In this document: piece after piece, positions 20,459 through 34,349 of the stretch | Layout of the letters: every line of letters begins with the position of its first letter | Numbering within the stretch: position 1 is the stretch's first letter | NCBI GenBank assembly: GCA_963766715.1 | Contig: CAVYBH010000008.1 | Location: 800,001-864,000, forward strand | Direction: 5' to 3' | Length of the DNA stretch: 64,000 nucleotides | DNA from: an uncultured delta proteobacterium | GTDB taxonomy: Bacteria > Myxococcota > Myxococcia > Myxococcales > Anaeromyxobacteraceae | Made by a program: the position numbers and the translations under genes | The notes under the pieces: generated by a model | What the model was told of the DNA's origin: nothing | Databases searched by the model: none | What the model saw: only the letters and a program-made list of their open reading frames with translations

Positions 20459-23003
20459 CTACTGGATGACCCCGGTCGAGGTGGCGAGCTTGTTCACGAG
20501 CGCCTGCATGTCGGCGGCCTGCACGCCCGAGTGGTTCATGGGGGAGCCGATGAACGTGCCCATGGCCGTGGAAAGCCCGGTGGTTCCGGCGCCCGGCTGC
20601 ATCATGGTGCCGCCGCCCATCATGCCTCCCCCCATCCCGCCCATGGAGACGGACGTGGAGCCCATCATCCCGTTCATCGTGCCGTCCGAGGCGTCCTGCA
20701 TCATCGAGGTCACCATCCCGGACGACGACACGGTCATCCCGACGGTCTTCGCGTACTGCGACATGGCGGCGATGGACATGCCGTAGTTCTTCTGGCCCTG
20801 GGTCGCGCCGGCGCCGGAACCCGGGGTCGCCGGGTCCATTGGCGAGGTCGTGAGGATGTCGCCCACCATGAAGTAGTTGCCCACCGCCCCGTTCGCCGTC
20901 CCGGCGTTCGCGGCCGTCATCCCGCCCGGCATGTACTGCGCCATCATCTGGGCCATGGAGGTGAGCGGCGTCACCTGGACGCCCGTCGCGGTCGAGCCCG
21001 CCGCGAACGAGGGGATGCAGGCCGTCATCACGTCCCCCGCCTGCATGGTCATCGGGGTGCCCGTGGCCTCGTCGGCAAAGGAGCCCCCGGTCACCTGGAG
21101 CATCACCGTCCCCGCGTAGGCGCCGAGCGGCATGGTGAACTTCCCCGAGGCGTCGACGGTGGCCGTACCGATGGGCGGCCCCATCGTGCCGTTCGCGACG
21201 GCGTGGGCCGTCACGGCGCCGGAGGACATGGCGCCCATGAAGGCGGTGCCGGACATCGTGCCGTGAGGGGTGGTCCCGCCCCCGGCGCCGGGGAGCTGTC
21301 CGCTCGACCCGGCGAGCTGGGTCATGAGCGCCTGCATGTCCGCCACCGTCACGCCCGACCGGTTCATGGCGGAGCCGATGAACGTGCCCATCGCGGTGGA
21401 GAGGCCGGAGGTGCCGGCCGTGGGCTGCATCGTCCCGCCCATCATGCCGCCCATCCCCGCCATCGAGATGGCCGTCGAGCCCATCATCCCGTCCAGGATG
21501 CCGTCCGAGGCGTCGTTCATCATGGCGGTCACCATGCCGGAGGACGACGTCGTCATGCCCTGCGTCTTCGCGTACTGGGACATGGCGGCGATGGCCATGC
21601 CGTGGTTCTTCTGATCCTGGGTGGCGGCGGCGCCCGAGCCCGCGACGGTCGGGTCCATGGGCATGGTGTGCAGGATGTCGCTCACGGAGAAGTACGTCCC
21701 GACCGCGCCGTGGGCGGTGGCGATGTTGGCGTCGGTCATGCCGCCGGTCATGGCCCTCGCCCGGGCGCTCGCCATCGAGGTGAGCGGCGTCATCTGGATG
21801 CCCGTGGTCGTCGAGCCGGAGGCGAGGGCCGGTACGCATGCCGCGATCAGGTCGCCGGAGAGCATCGGCATCGTGGAGCCGGTCGCCTCGTCGGTGTAGG
21901 CGCCGCCCGTCATCTGGAGCATCACCGAGCCGCCGTAGCTGCCCATGCGGCACGCTGAAGTTGCCGCTGGCGTCGGTCGGCGCGCTGCCGAGCTGGGCGC
22001 CCATCATCCCGTTGGCGATGGCGTACGCCGTGACCGTCGCTCCTCCGACCGGTCCCTTGGTGGCCGTCCCGGAGATCATCCCGGTCATCGTGCCGCCGCC
22101 GCCGGGGGCCGCGCCGGCTCGCCGCGGCGAGCTGATCGACGAGCGGCTGCATGCTGGCCATCGTGACGCCGGACACGTTCCTCGCAGACCCCACGAAGGC
22201 GGTCATCGCCGTCGCGAGCCCCGACGTGCCTGCCGTGGCCTGCATCATCGTCCCCGCCGTCATCCCGCCGCCCATGGCGATGACGGTGGCGCCCATCTTG
22301 CCGTCCATCACGCCGTCGGAGGCGTCGTCCGCCATGGCGGTGACGATGCCGGACGAGCTCGGCATCCCGATGGACTGCGCGTACTGGGACATGGCGGCGA
22401 TCGCCATCCCGTAGTTCTTCGCGTCCTGGCTGGCCCCGGTCCCCGACCCGGCCACGGAGCGGGTTCATCGGAGCCGTGTGGAGGATGTCACTCACGGAGA
22501 AGTAGGCGCCCATCGCCCCGTTCGCGGCGGCGATGCTGGCGGCGGTGATGCCCCCGGCCATGTGGTGCACGCGGGCGTGGGCCATCGTGGTGAGCGGGGT
22601 CATCTGGATGCCGGTGATCGCGCCCCCGGCCGTCACCGAGGGGATGGCGGCCGCCATCACGTCCCCGGCCTGCATGGTCATCGTCGTCCCGGTGGCGAGG
22701 TCGACGTAGGCGCCGCCGCTCGCCTGGAGCATCATCGGGCCGGCGTAGTCGCCGATCGAGACGTGGAAGTTCCCCGACGAGTCGGAGGTGCCGCCGCCCA
22801 CCTGCGCGCCCATCGTTCCGTTCGTGATGGCGTAGGCCGTGACCGCGGCGCCGCTCACCGGCCCGTTCACCACCGTGCCGCTGACGGTGCCGACGGTGGC
22901 TGGGGGTGGGGTCGTGGTGGCGCCTCCGCTGCCTCCCCCGCAAGCGGCCAGGAAGAGGGTGGAACCGACCAGGGCGGCCAGGGTGCGCGTTGCGGAGGGT
23001 CAC
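20459..23003 (-). CDS. Methionine-rich lipoprotein of three ~270-aa modules (frameshifted)
   Basis: Lipobox LFLAAC; three copies of GG.(Y/F).D.ATG, TPLT.MA, GM.IAAMSQYA, DASDG. Confidence 0.8.
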
Positions 23004-23194
23004 GGGAGCCTTTCCATCGCGCCTGGCGGCTGCCGGGCACGGGTCATTGCGGGTGCAACGAGTGGACAGCTACTTAACGCCGCAGCCGTCGAAAAGCTTC
23101 CGGCCGCGGGAGATCCCGAGTGATTTCGGGGGTCCAGCGGGATGTGCGCCACGGGCGGGTCCGCCGATACATTCCCCGGGGAAACGGAGGGCCC

Positions 23195-23680
23195 GTGCTC
23201 GAGCGGCTCGCCAGGTCGAACGCGCCCGCCGCCGTGGTCCTGGTCCGGATCGCGGTGGGCTGGATCTTCCTCTCCGAGGGGATCCAGAAGTTCCTCTACC
23301 CGGACCTGCTCGGAGCCGGCCGGTTCGCGCGGATCGGGATCCCGGCTCCGCTGCTGACGGGACCCTTCGTCGGAGGCGTCGAGATCGCCTGCGGGCTGCT
23401 GGTCCTCGTCGGCCTCCTGACGCGAGCGGCGGCGCTCCTGCTCCTCGTGAACATCTCCGTCGCCATCCTGTCCACGAAGATCCCCGTCCTGCTCGGCCAT
23501 GGTTACTGGATCTTCAGCACGCCCAGGGTCGCCCGGTATGGCTTCTGGGGGATGTCGAGCGAGATTCGCACCGACCTCGCCATGCTCCTGGGGACCTCCT
23601 TCCTCGTGATTGTCGGTGCGGGCCCGGCCTCGGTCGACCACCTCCTGTCCCGGACGACCGGGCGTGGACCCCGCCGGTGA
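23195..23680 (+). CDS. DoxX family membrane protein
   Basis: RIAVGWIFLSEGIQK; RFARIGIP; EIACG; GAGPASVD. Confidence 0.88.
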   Translation: MLERLARSNAPAAVVLVRIAVGWIFLSEGIQKFLYPDLLGAGRFARIGIPAPLLTGPFVGGVEIACGLLVLVGLLTRAAALLLLVNISVAILSTKIPVLLGHGYWIFSTPRVARYGFWGMSSEIRTDLAMLLGTSFLVIVGAGPASVDHLLSRTTGRGPRR

Positions 23681-24444
23681 GGGCGAGGCGATCCGGGGCG
23701 TTCGCCGCCGCGTTCATTTTCGCCGCCGCTCTCGCCGGCCCGGCGACCGCCGGCCCCCCGTACACGACGGACGACCCGGAGCCGGTCGAGCTCCATCACT
23801 GGGAGATCTACCTCGCGAGCCAGGACTTCTTCTCCGCGGGGGGCGCCTGGTCCGGGGCGCTTCCCATGGTGGAGGTGAACTTCGGGGCGCTCCCCCAGGT
23901 CCAGCTCCACCTCATCGCCCCTCTGGCCTACGACCGGGCTCCCGGCGGCCCGATGACCTGCGGCTACGGCGACACCGAGCTCGGCGTGAAGTGGCGGTTC
24001 GTCCAGGAGGGTGACTGGGTCCCGATGATCGGAACCTTCCCGCTCGTCGAGCTTCCCACGGGAAACCTCTCCCGCGGGCTGGGTACCGGCAGCACCCGGC
24101 TCTTCGTTCCCCTGTGGCTCCAGAAGAGCTTCGGGGCGTGGACGACCTACGGGGGCGGTGGCTACTGGGTGAACCCGGGAAGCGGGAACCGGAACTACTG
24201 GTTCTTCGGTTGGCAGGGACAGTGCCGCCTCGGCGAGGCCGTGACGGTGGGGGCGGAGATCTTCCACACCTCCGCCGCCGAGGTCGGGGGCGGCGGGGAG
24301 ACGCGCTTCAACGCCGGCGTGGTGACGGACCTCTCCGACGTGCATCACCTGCTCTTCTCGGCCGGGACCCGCCTCGGCGCCCCGTTCGGGGGGCAGCTCT
24401 ACGTCGCCTACCAGGTGACCTTTGGACCGAAGGAGCCGGCATGA
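23677..24444 (+). CDS. Outer-membrane beta-barrel (MetA-pathway/transporter-like)
   Basis: Signal peptide; GPPYTTDDPEP; GYGDTELGVKWRF; ELPTG; GTGA overlap. Confidence 0.8.
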   Translation: MRARRSGAFAAAFIFAAALAGPATAGPPYTTDDPEPVELHHWEIYLASQDFFSAGGAWSGALPMVEVNFGALPQVQLHLIAPLAYDRAPGGPMTCGYGDTELGVKWRFVQEGDWVPMIGTFPLVELPTGNLSRGLGTGSTRLFVPLWLQKSFGAWTTYGGGGYWVNPGSGNRNYWFFGWQGQCRLGEAVTVGAEIFHTSAAEVGGGGETRFNAGVVTDLSDVHHLLFSAGTRLGAPFGGQLYVAYQVTFGPKEPA

Positions 24445-25356
24445 AGGCTCGATACGAAGCTGAAGTCGTTCGCTTTCGCCGCGCTCGTGACCCTCGTCTC
24501 CGCAGCTCGTGCGGCGCCGCCGGGGCCGACGCTCGACACGGCCCGGATCGAGCAGCTCACCGGAGCGAAGGGGCAGCTCGACGCCCGGGAGGGCGTCTTC
24601 AAGGTCTCCGTTCCCCGGAGCGACCTCCAGGTCACCGTGGCAGGCGCGAGGATGTCGCCGCCCATGGGGCTCACTTCCTGGGCGGCGTTCCGGGGAAGCC
24701 CAGGGAGGGCGATGGTGATGGGAGACCTGGTCGTCACCGAGGACCAGGTAAATCCAGTGATGAGCGTGGCGCTCGAGAGCGGACTCGCCGTCACGGCCCT
24801 CCACAACCACTTCCTGTGGGACTCGCCCCGGATCATGTTCATGCACATCGGCGGCACGGGGGACGAGAAGGCGCTCGCCTCCGGCGTGGGCAAGGTCTTC
24901 GAGACGATGAAGGCCACGGCCGGGGGGAAGGGAGTGGTCTCCTCGGCGGCCGGGATCGATCCCGCCGCGACCTCGCTCGACCCCGCCAAGATCGATGCCG
25001 CACTCGGCGTGAAAGGCACGCTGGCCCAGGGCGTCTACAAGGTCGTCCTCGGCCGGGCGACCCGGATGGACGGCGACGAGGTCGGGAACGCCATGGGCGT
25101 GAACACGTGGGCTGCGTTCGTCGGCTCGGACGACCGCGCCGTCGTCGACGGGGACTTCGCCATGCTGGAGCCCGAGCTCCAGCCCGTGCTCCAGGCGCTT
25201 CGCGGAGCGGGCATCGACGTCGTCGCGATCCACCAGCACATGGTGGGGGAGCAGCCCCGGATCGTGTTCCTCCACTACTGGGGAGTGGGCTCGACCCAGG
25301 CCCTCGCACGTGGGCTGCGCGCCGCGCTCGCCCGGACGGCGACGCCCAGGCCCTAG
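24441..25356 (+). CDS. DUF1259 (LppY/LpqO-like) protein (N-terminal frameshift)
   Basis: Two repeats: WAAF...GD...ALHNH...FMH and WAAF...GDF...AIHQH...FLHYWG. Confidence 0.88.
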
Positions 25357-26981
25357 GCCGGCGCGACGGGGAGCTCGATCCGGAACGTCGAGCCCTTGCC
25401 GATCTCGCTCTCGACGGTGAGCGTACCGCCGTGGGCCGTCACGATGGCGTGGCTCACCGCGAGCCCCAGCCCGGTTCCCTTTCCCACCGGGCGGGTCGTG
25501 AAGAACGGATTGAAGACGCGCTGCATCGTGCCCGGGCTCATGCCCGTCCCCCGATCGACCACCTCCAGGCGGGACATCCCGGGCGCTCCCCGTCCGAGCC
25601 GGATGGTGATCACGCCGCGTTCGCCGGGGGCGGTCGCGTGCGCCGCGTTCGCGACCAGGTTCACGAGGACCTGCTCGATCTGGCCCACCGCCGCGACGAT
25701 GTCGGGGGCTCCCTGGTCGTCGATCTCCACGGCGGCCTGCTGCGCGACGGTGGCGGACACCCATTGCATGGCGGCGCCCACCGCGTCGGCCAGGTGCACC
25801 CGCGCCCGCCTCGCATCCGGACGCCCGAAGGTGGTCAGGTCTTTCACGATTCGTGCGACCCGCCGCCCGCCTGCCTGCGCGTCGCCCAACGCCTCCTTCG
25901 CCTCCTCGAGCAGGCCCGCCATCGCGACCCGGTCGAGCCCCGCGTCGCTGCGGGCCCTCGCCTGGACCTGCTGGAGGATCCCCTGGGCCGTCTCCTGGCC
26001 GGAGAGGACGCCGGCGAGCGGGTTGTTGATCTCGTGCGCGACGCCCGCCACGAGCGTCCCCATCGCCGCCAGCCGGGAGGTGCGGTCCATCTGCTGCTGG
26101 AGCAGGGCCCGATCCCCCTCGGCGCGCTGCCGGGCCTCCTCGCTCTCCGCCAGCTTCGTGGCGAACCAGTAGGTGATGCCCGTCAGGACGACGAGGAGGA
26201 GCTCGACCACGACGGAGACGGCGAACGGCGAGTTCCAGTGGCCTCGCTGCGTGCCCCATACCCCGATCCACCCGATCAGGAGCGGAACGGCGAGGAGGGT
26301 CGGGAACATCCGCCGGAGCACCCACCCTCCCGGCGTCCGGCTGCCCACGGTCCGCATGAGGCCCTCGGCCGGGTGCAGCAGGAGGATCCCGAGGCCGAGC
26401 ACGACGAAGAGGACCGCGGTGAGCACCGCCATCTGCGTGTAGCGGCCGATGCCGAAGAGATTGGTGGCGCCGTAGGCGTACCCCGTGGTGGACAGGGTGC
26501 CGAGGAGCCCGACGAGGAGCGCGAGCGCCTGTGCGATCGAGGCCGTGCGGCGGGACCGCGCCAGCCAGCTCGAGACGCCCACCAGCAGGAACGCGACCGC
26601 GGAGGTCGGCGCCATCCGGCCGGGAGAGAGGGTTCCGACGGTGCCCTCCGGTTCCCTGAACAGCAGCTGGTCGATGCCGAGGTCGACCTGGAGGACGTAC
26701 TGGGCCAGCGTGAGGGCCCCCAGGAGCGCCGTCGCGACCGCGAGCGACCTGCCGGCGAGGCGGGAGGCCGGGCCTCGCGGGACGAGGGCGATGGAGAGGC
26801 CGCCCAGGACGAATCCCAGCGCCGTGTTGGCCTTCATGGTCACGGCGCCGGGGAGGACGCTCTTCAGCACGGGCAGGTCGAGCGCCCACCCGACGAGGAC
26901 GGAGACGCCAGCGGCGGCCGTCAGCCATCCCAGCAGGCGAGCACCCGCGGCGGGTGCCCTGGGGCCGTCGTCTTCTCTCAC
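25353..26981 (-). CDS. Multi-TM sensor histidine kinase
   Basis: MKANTA / RMAP / QMA TM region; LAAMGTLVAGVAHEINNPL; HATPase motifs. Confidence 0.9.
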   Translation of the reverse strand: MREDDGPRAPAAGARLLGWLTAAAGVSVLVGWALDLPVLKSVLPGAVTMKANTALGFVLGGLSIALVPRGPASRLAGRSLAVATALLGALTLAQYVLQVDLGIDQLLFREPEGTVGTLSPGRMAPTSAVAFLLVGVSSWLARSRRTASIAQALALLVGLLGTLSTTGYAYGATNLFGIGRYTQMAVLTAVLFVVLGLGILLLHPAEGLMRTVGSRTPGGWVLRRMFPTLLAVPLLIGWIGVWGTQRGHWNSPFAVSVVVELLLVVLTGITYWFATKLAESEEARQRAEGDRALLQQQMDRTSRLAAMGTLVAGVAHEINNPLAGVLSGQETAQGILQQVQARARSDAGLDRVAMAGLLEEAKEALGDAQAGGRRVARIVKDLTTFGRPDARRARVHLADAVGAAMQWVSATVAQQAAVEIDDQGAPDIVAAVGQIEQVLVNLVANAAHATAPGERGVITIRLGRGAPGMSRLEVVDRGTGMSPGTMQRVFNPFFTTRPVGKGTGLGLAVSHAIVTAHGGTLTVESEIGKGSTFRIELPVAPA

Positions 26982-27093
26982 CTTGCGCCTCGGCTGGGGT
27001 CCACCACGCTCCGGGACGATACTCCCAGGATTCGAGGCGCTCCGGGACCTCCCCTTCGGGGACACACCCGTGGGGGCCGTTGCAGGAGCAATT

Positions 27094-29840
27094 TCACGCC
27101 GAGGGTGACGCGGCCGGGAGCTCGATCCGGAAGGTCGAGCCCTTGCCGACCTCGCTCTCGACCGTGAGCGTTCCCTCGTGCGACGCGACGATGGCCTGGC
27201 TGATGGCGAGGCCGAGCCCCGTTCCCTTGTCGGCGCCGACCCGGCGTGTCGTGAAGAAGGGCTCGAAGATGCGATTGAGGATGGCGGGGGCGATCCCGAT
27301 GCCGTGGTCGACGACCTCCAGCCGCGCCATGCCCGGGGCGCCCGGACCGGTCCGCAGGAGGACCTCGTTCCGCTGCCCCTCCGGCGTGGCCCGCGCCGCG
27401 TTCGTGACCAGGTTGAGCACCACCTGCTCCAGCTGCCCCGGGGCCGCGATGACCTCCGGGGCGTCGCCGGTCCTCCACCGTGATGGACACGGTCCGTGCG
27501 ACGGCGACGGGCAGCCACCGCCTGGCTCCCTCCACGACGTCGACCAGCCGGACGCGCTGACGCCGGGAGTCGGACCTCCCGAAGATGGCCAGGTCCTTCA
27601 CGATGGTGGCGATCCGGCCGCCGCACTCCTGCGCGTCCTCCAGCGCCTCGACGACGCCGTCGAGCATGCGCCCCTCGGCCTCCCGGGAGAGCGGCGCGGA
27701 ACCGCGCATCCGCTCCCGGACCTCGCGGACGATCTCGAGCGCCAGGCCCTGGCCGGCGAGCTCGCCGGCGAGCGGGTTGTTGATCTCGTGGGCCACCCCG
27801 GCCACCAGGGTTCCCATGGCGGCGAGGCGCGCCGTGAGCGCCAGCTGGCCTTGCAGGGCGTTGCGCTCGATGTCCGCCTTCTTCCGGCTCGTGATGTCCT
27901 GGATGGTGCCGACCAGGTGGATCGGCTCTCCGCCGGCGGCTCGGAGGAGGTCGCCGATTCCCTGCACCCAGCGCGTCTCCCCGCTCCGCTGATCGACCAC
28001 CCTGTACTCGCGGTCGAATCGCGTCCCCTGCGCCAGGAGGCCGGCGAGGTACGCCTCCATCTCGGCCCGGTCGTCGGGATGGACGATCCGGAGCCAGTCC
28101 GAGGCCTTGCGCGGAAATCGCTCGTCGATGCCGAAGAGGGAATTCAGGGCCGCGGAGCTGGACCAGTGGTCCGCCTGCACGTCGAACAGGTAGTGGCCGA
28201 TCCGGGCGATGTCCTGGCTCAGGCGCAGCCACCGCTCGCTCTCCCGCAGCGAGTCGTCGGCTGCGCTTGCGGTCGGTGACGTCGAAGCTCACGCCCACCA
28301 GGGCCACCGGGCGCCCCGGGCGTCGCGGATCGCCTTGCGGCTGTCGCTGATCCAGCGGTACTCCCCGCTCTTCACCTTCCAGCGATACTCGACGTTGCTT
28401 CCGGCCTCCTGGCCCGCCTCGATGGCGGCCTGTTGCCCGGCCGGGACGTGCCGGTCCTCGGGGTGGACGCGCTCGAGGATGTCGCTCGCGCTCATGGCGC
28501 GAAGCTCTTCCACCGAGAAGCCCGTCATCGGGCCTGCGCGGGGCTCACGAACGTGTACCGACCCGACGCGGAGATCGAGGACGGTGATGCCTTCCAGCGA
28601 GTTCTCCACCACGGTCCGGAACTTCTGCTCGCTCTCGCGCAGCGCCTCCTCGACCTGCTTGCGCTCGGTCACGTCCCAGAAGACCACCTGGATGGCCGGG
28701 CCCCGCTGGTCGTGGAGCGCCGTGGCGGCCGCCTCCACGTCGAAGGCCGAGCCGTCGAGCCGGAGGAAGCGCTCCTGGAGGGGCGGGACCCTGCCGCCCG
28801 CACGGAGCGTATCCATCCGGGCGCGCACGCGGTCCCGGGCGTCTGGGTGGACGAACTCCAGCGCGGGGCGCCCCAGGATCCGCTCGGCGCTCTCGGCGCC
28901 GTGCATCGCGAGCGCGGCCCGGTTCGCGAACTCGATGCGCCCCTCGCGGTGGAGGACGACCGCGAACGGGGAGAGGTCGACGACGTCCCGGTAGCGCGCC
29001 TCGCTCGCCTTCAGCGCGGCCTCCGTCTCCTTGAGATCGGTGAGATCGGTCGTGAAGTAGTAGAGGTGCGTCACGCGGCCTTCGGGATCGCGGCCGCAGT
29101 GCACGGACGTGGAGGCCCAGTAGGTCGTCCCGTCCTTCCGGACGAACCGCCGCACCCTGGACTCGTGATCGATCTCGCCGGCGACCATCCGGCGCAGCCC
29201 CTCCATGTCCTGCTCGAAGTCCTCCGGAAGCGGCGAACTTCGTGATGGGGAGCGCGAGGTACTCCTCCCGCGTGTAGCCGGTCCTCGCCACGGCGCAGTC
29301 GTTGACGAAGAGCCTCTCCCCTCCGGGGCCGATGATGATGATCCCGACGAGCGGCGTGGCAAAGGCGCTGTGCAGGAGGTTCCGCTCGTCCCGGAGGTGC
29401 GCCTCGGCCTGCTTCCGCACGGTGACGTCGGTGAAGGTCCCGGCGAAGCGCAGCGGCTTGCCGGCGTCGTCCCGCGCCACGACCTTCCCCCGGCTGCGGA
29501 CCCACCTCTCGGACCCGTCTTCCTGGCGAACCCGGTACTCGATGTCGAGTCTCTCGGAGCGCCCCGCGATCACGTCCTGGATGGCGGGCGCGATGGTGGA
29601 CCGGTCGTCCGGCGCGACCAGGGCCGCCCATCCTTCCTGGTCGATCGTCTCGAGGGCAGGATCTCGCCCGACGATCTGGTTCCACCGGGCGTTGACATGG
29701 CTCGTGCCGGTGGTGAGGTCGGTGTCCCAGTAGCCGTCGAAGCTCCCGTCCAGGAACTGCGCCAGGCGCTCCTCGCTCTGGCGAAGGGCCTCCTGGGTAG
29801 CCGCGAGGTCGTTCGCCGGTTTCCGGGTCTCTCCGGGCAC
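27094..29840 (-). CDS. Multi-PAS sensor histidine kinase (several frameshifts)
   Basis: About 5 PAS/PAC blocks; LAAMGTLVAGVAHEINNPL; PFFTT; GTGLGL. Confidence 0.85.
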
Positions 29841-29908
29841 GCGGCATTTCACCACGCCTGGGCCTGCCGGTCGAATCCGCCGGTCGCGGGACGGCGCGAA
29901 GGTTCCCG

Positions 29909-32114
<2,206 letters not shown>

Positions 32115-32345
32115 TCGCTGACCGGGCATCCATCTGGATCCCGGATTCTTTCACACGGAGAGTCACGGCGCCCATCGCGCCTCCCGCCGTCCCCAAGAGG
32201 GCGGGGCCGGCTTCACCCATGAGGATGCAGGTACACGGATCGATTCCCGCGTCGGTTTCGGGCGCCGCGTCACGAGAACGTGGTACCCGGGTGTCCGGTC
32301 CCGTATGCTGCCCGCGCCGGGCCAGGCCCCGAAAGGACCTCCACC

Positions 32346-32936
32346 TTGAATCGACTCCGTCTCGCCTCGGCACCGCCCTCGTCGCGATCGTCCTCTCCGG
32401 CTGCGCCAGCACCAGCGTCACCCAGCTGTGGCGGGATCCGGGCTATCGCTCCCGGCCCGGCGCAGCGCGTGTTCGTCGTCGCCGCGATACCCGGGCGAAG
32501 AATCCGGCCCAGTTCGAGCGCGCGCTCGCCCGGGAGCTCAAGGCCAAGGGCTTCCCGGCCACCGCCCGATCGAGCGCGTTCCCGGGCGGTCACCTCGCCC
32601 GCATCCAGGTCCAGGAGTACATGAGCAGCCACGGCATCGACCTCCTCGTCATGGAGCGCCTCACCACCGAGGCTGCCACCCCGACCGCCGTCACCACCAC
32701 GGTGGTCCAGGGCGGGGGCTGGTACGGCGCGTACGGGGGCGTGGCGACCTCCTCGACCCGTGGTCATCCAGGGCACGGACGTCACCGCCAAGATCGAGGT
32801 CTACGACGTCCGCACCGAGCCGGACACGCTGGTCTGGAGCGGGGAGTCGAATGCGATCGACATCCAGGGCGCGCCCCAGTCGCTGGCATCCGTGCTGACG
32901 GGCGAGCTCATGAAGGCCCAGATCCTGGTCAAGTAG
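32346..32936 (+). CDS. Hypothetical lipoprotein (frameshifted)
   Basis: Lipobox LSGC; WRDP; FERALARELK; YDVR...LVWSG. Confidence 0.65.
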
Positions 32937-33354
32937 GGGTCGAGATCGACCGGTTCGCCGCGGACGCCGAGCGTGCGCAGCGCGCCGCCAGTCCTCGGGC
33001 GAAGAGTGGATCGATCCGATCGAATCGCACGCCCATGCGGCCGAGCTGGTTCAGCCGGAAGTCTCCGACCAGGGTCCACACCACCCGGCCGGCGAAGGAG
33101 GCGTCTCCTCCATCCAGGTAGATGTGCCCCTCGATCGGCGTTCCGACCGGCAGAACGCGCATCTGCTCGGTGCAGATCCCTCCCGGGCCGACGTTGACCG
33201 TGAAGGCGCTGCCCTGCCCGGTCTTCAAGCGCACGCGGATGCGGTGGCGATGGCTGCGCGCCGGGTCGTCCCGGGGGGAAGGGCCGGCGAAGGACGGATC
33301 CGACGCGTCGAGGTTGAGTGCCGAGCCGTCCTTCGTCCGGGTCACGGATCTCAT
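32929..33354 (-). CDS. PilZ domain protein
   Basis: Arg-rich RSHRHRIR; NVGPGG; GRVVW; MGVRF. Confidence 0.8.
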   Translation of the reverse strand: MRSVTRTKDGSALNLDASDPSFAGPSPRDDPARSHRHRIRVRLKTGQGSAFTVNVGPGGICTEQMRVLPVGTPIEGHIYLDGGDASFAGRVVWTLVGDFRLNQLGRMGVRFDRIDPLFARGLAARCARSASAANRSISTPT

Positions 33355-33475
33355 GAGCGGCCCTCGTCCCCCGGCGAGCGCCGGCGTCCCGGACCGCCGG
33401 GACGAGCTCCTCCCAGCACGTCCAGCAGTGGAGCGCGTCGGATTCGCCAGGTCTTCCGCAGTGCGGACACTTCAC
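33351..33475 (-). CDS. Small zinc-ribbon peptide
   Basis: VKCPHCG...CWTCWEEL; end uncertain. Confidence 0.4.
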
Positions 33476-33644
33476 GGAACGAACGACCGGGTCGACCTCC
33501 AGGACGCGCACCAGATCGGCCCCAGCTGGCTCGCAGGCCATCCAGGGCCGTCCCGTCGATCACCGCCGAGCGTTCGAGCTCGACCAGCAATCCCACCTCG
33601 CGACTCATGGCCTGGACGGCACTGCGACGCTTCCCGGGACGGAC

Positions 33645-34049
33645 TCAATGCTGGGCGAGGCGGGCCTTGGCGTCGGCCAGGGCTGCCTTCGCGTCCTTCT
33701 TGCAGACGTCCTCGGCGCTGCCCGACTTGTCTTCGCACCGCTCCATGGCCACCGAGTACGTCGCCTCGGCCCTGGCCTTGCGCGCATCCTCGATGTTCCG
33801 GGCGGTGGGCTCGTGCCTCGCCTCGAGCTCGGCCCGGGCGACGCTGGCGTTGCCCTTCGCCTCGGCCTCGCAGACGTCCTCGGCGTGTCCCTTCATCGCG
33901 TCGCAGCGCGCCTTCGCCGCCTTGTAGTCCGCCTTGATGCTCTGCTCCTGTGACTCATACTGTGCGTGCGTCATGTCCTCGGCCATGGCGCTGGTGCCGA
34001 AGACCAGGCCGGCGCCGAGCGCCAGCGCCTGGATTGCGAGATTCCTCAT
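33645..34049 (-). CDS. Secreted helical protein with two C-x10-C repeats
   Basis: AGGAG RBS; signal peptide; CDAMKGHAEDVC and CEDKSGSAEDVC. Confidence 0.85.
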   Translation of the reverse strand: MRNLAIQALALGAGLVFGTSAMAEDMTHAQYESQEQSIKADYKAAKARCDAMKGHAEDVCEAEAKGNASVARAELEARHEPTARNIEDARKARAEATYSVAMERCEDKSGSAEDVCKKDAKAALADAKARLAQH

Positions 34050-34114
34050 GGTGTCTCTCCTGTCGGTCGTGACGGGGCGTCGGGAGAGCCCGACCCGTTT
34101 CTCCTGGAGCGGTC

Positions 34115-34130
34115 TGCATGCGCCGTACCG
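34115..34130 (-). promoter_or_regulatory. Candidate sigma-54 promoter
   Basis: CGGTACGGCGCATGCA = GG-N10-GC about 65 bp upstream of the ATG. Confidence 0.4.
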
Positions 34131-34349
34131 GGAGAGGTGCGTGCCCACAACCGCCCGGCGTTGCTCGTCTCGCGAATGAACGTCGGGTGCCGTCGGGCGT
34201 CCAGGAGGGCGCGGCGAACGTTCGGGCGCGCGGAGCGGACACTCGGACGGCGGGGACCCGGAAGTCGACTGGTTCGGTCGCCGACCCGAGTTGAGCGGTT
34301 CCGTCGGACGGCGCAGACTCGAGGGAGATTCGTCGCAACGGGGGGACCC

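Noticed and set aside
23503..28307. ORFs of 984-1141 aa
   Set aside because: Off-frame read-throughs spanning several real genes; the kinase starts near 26981
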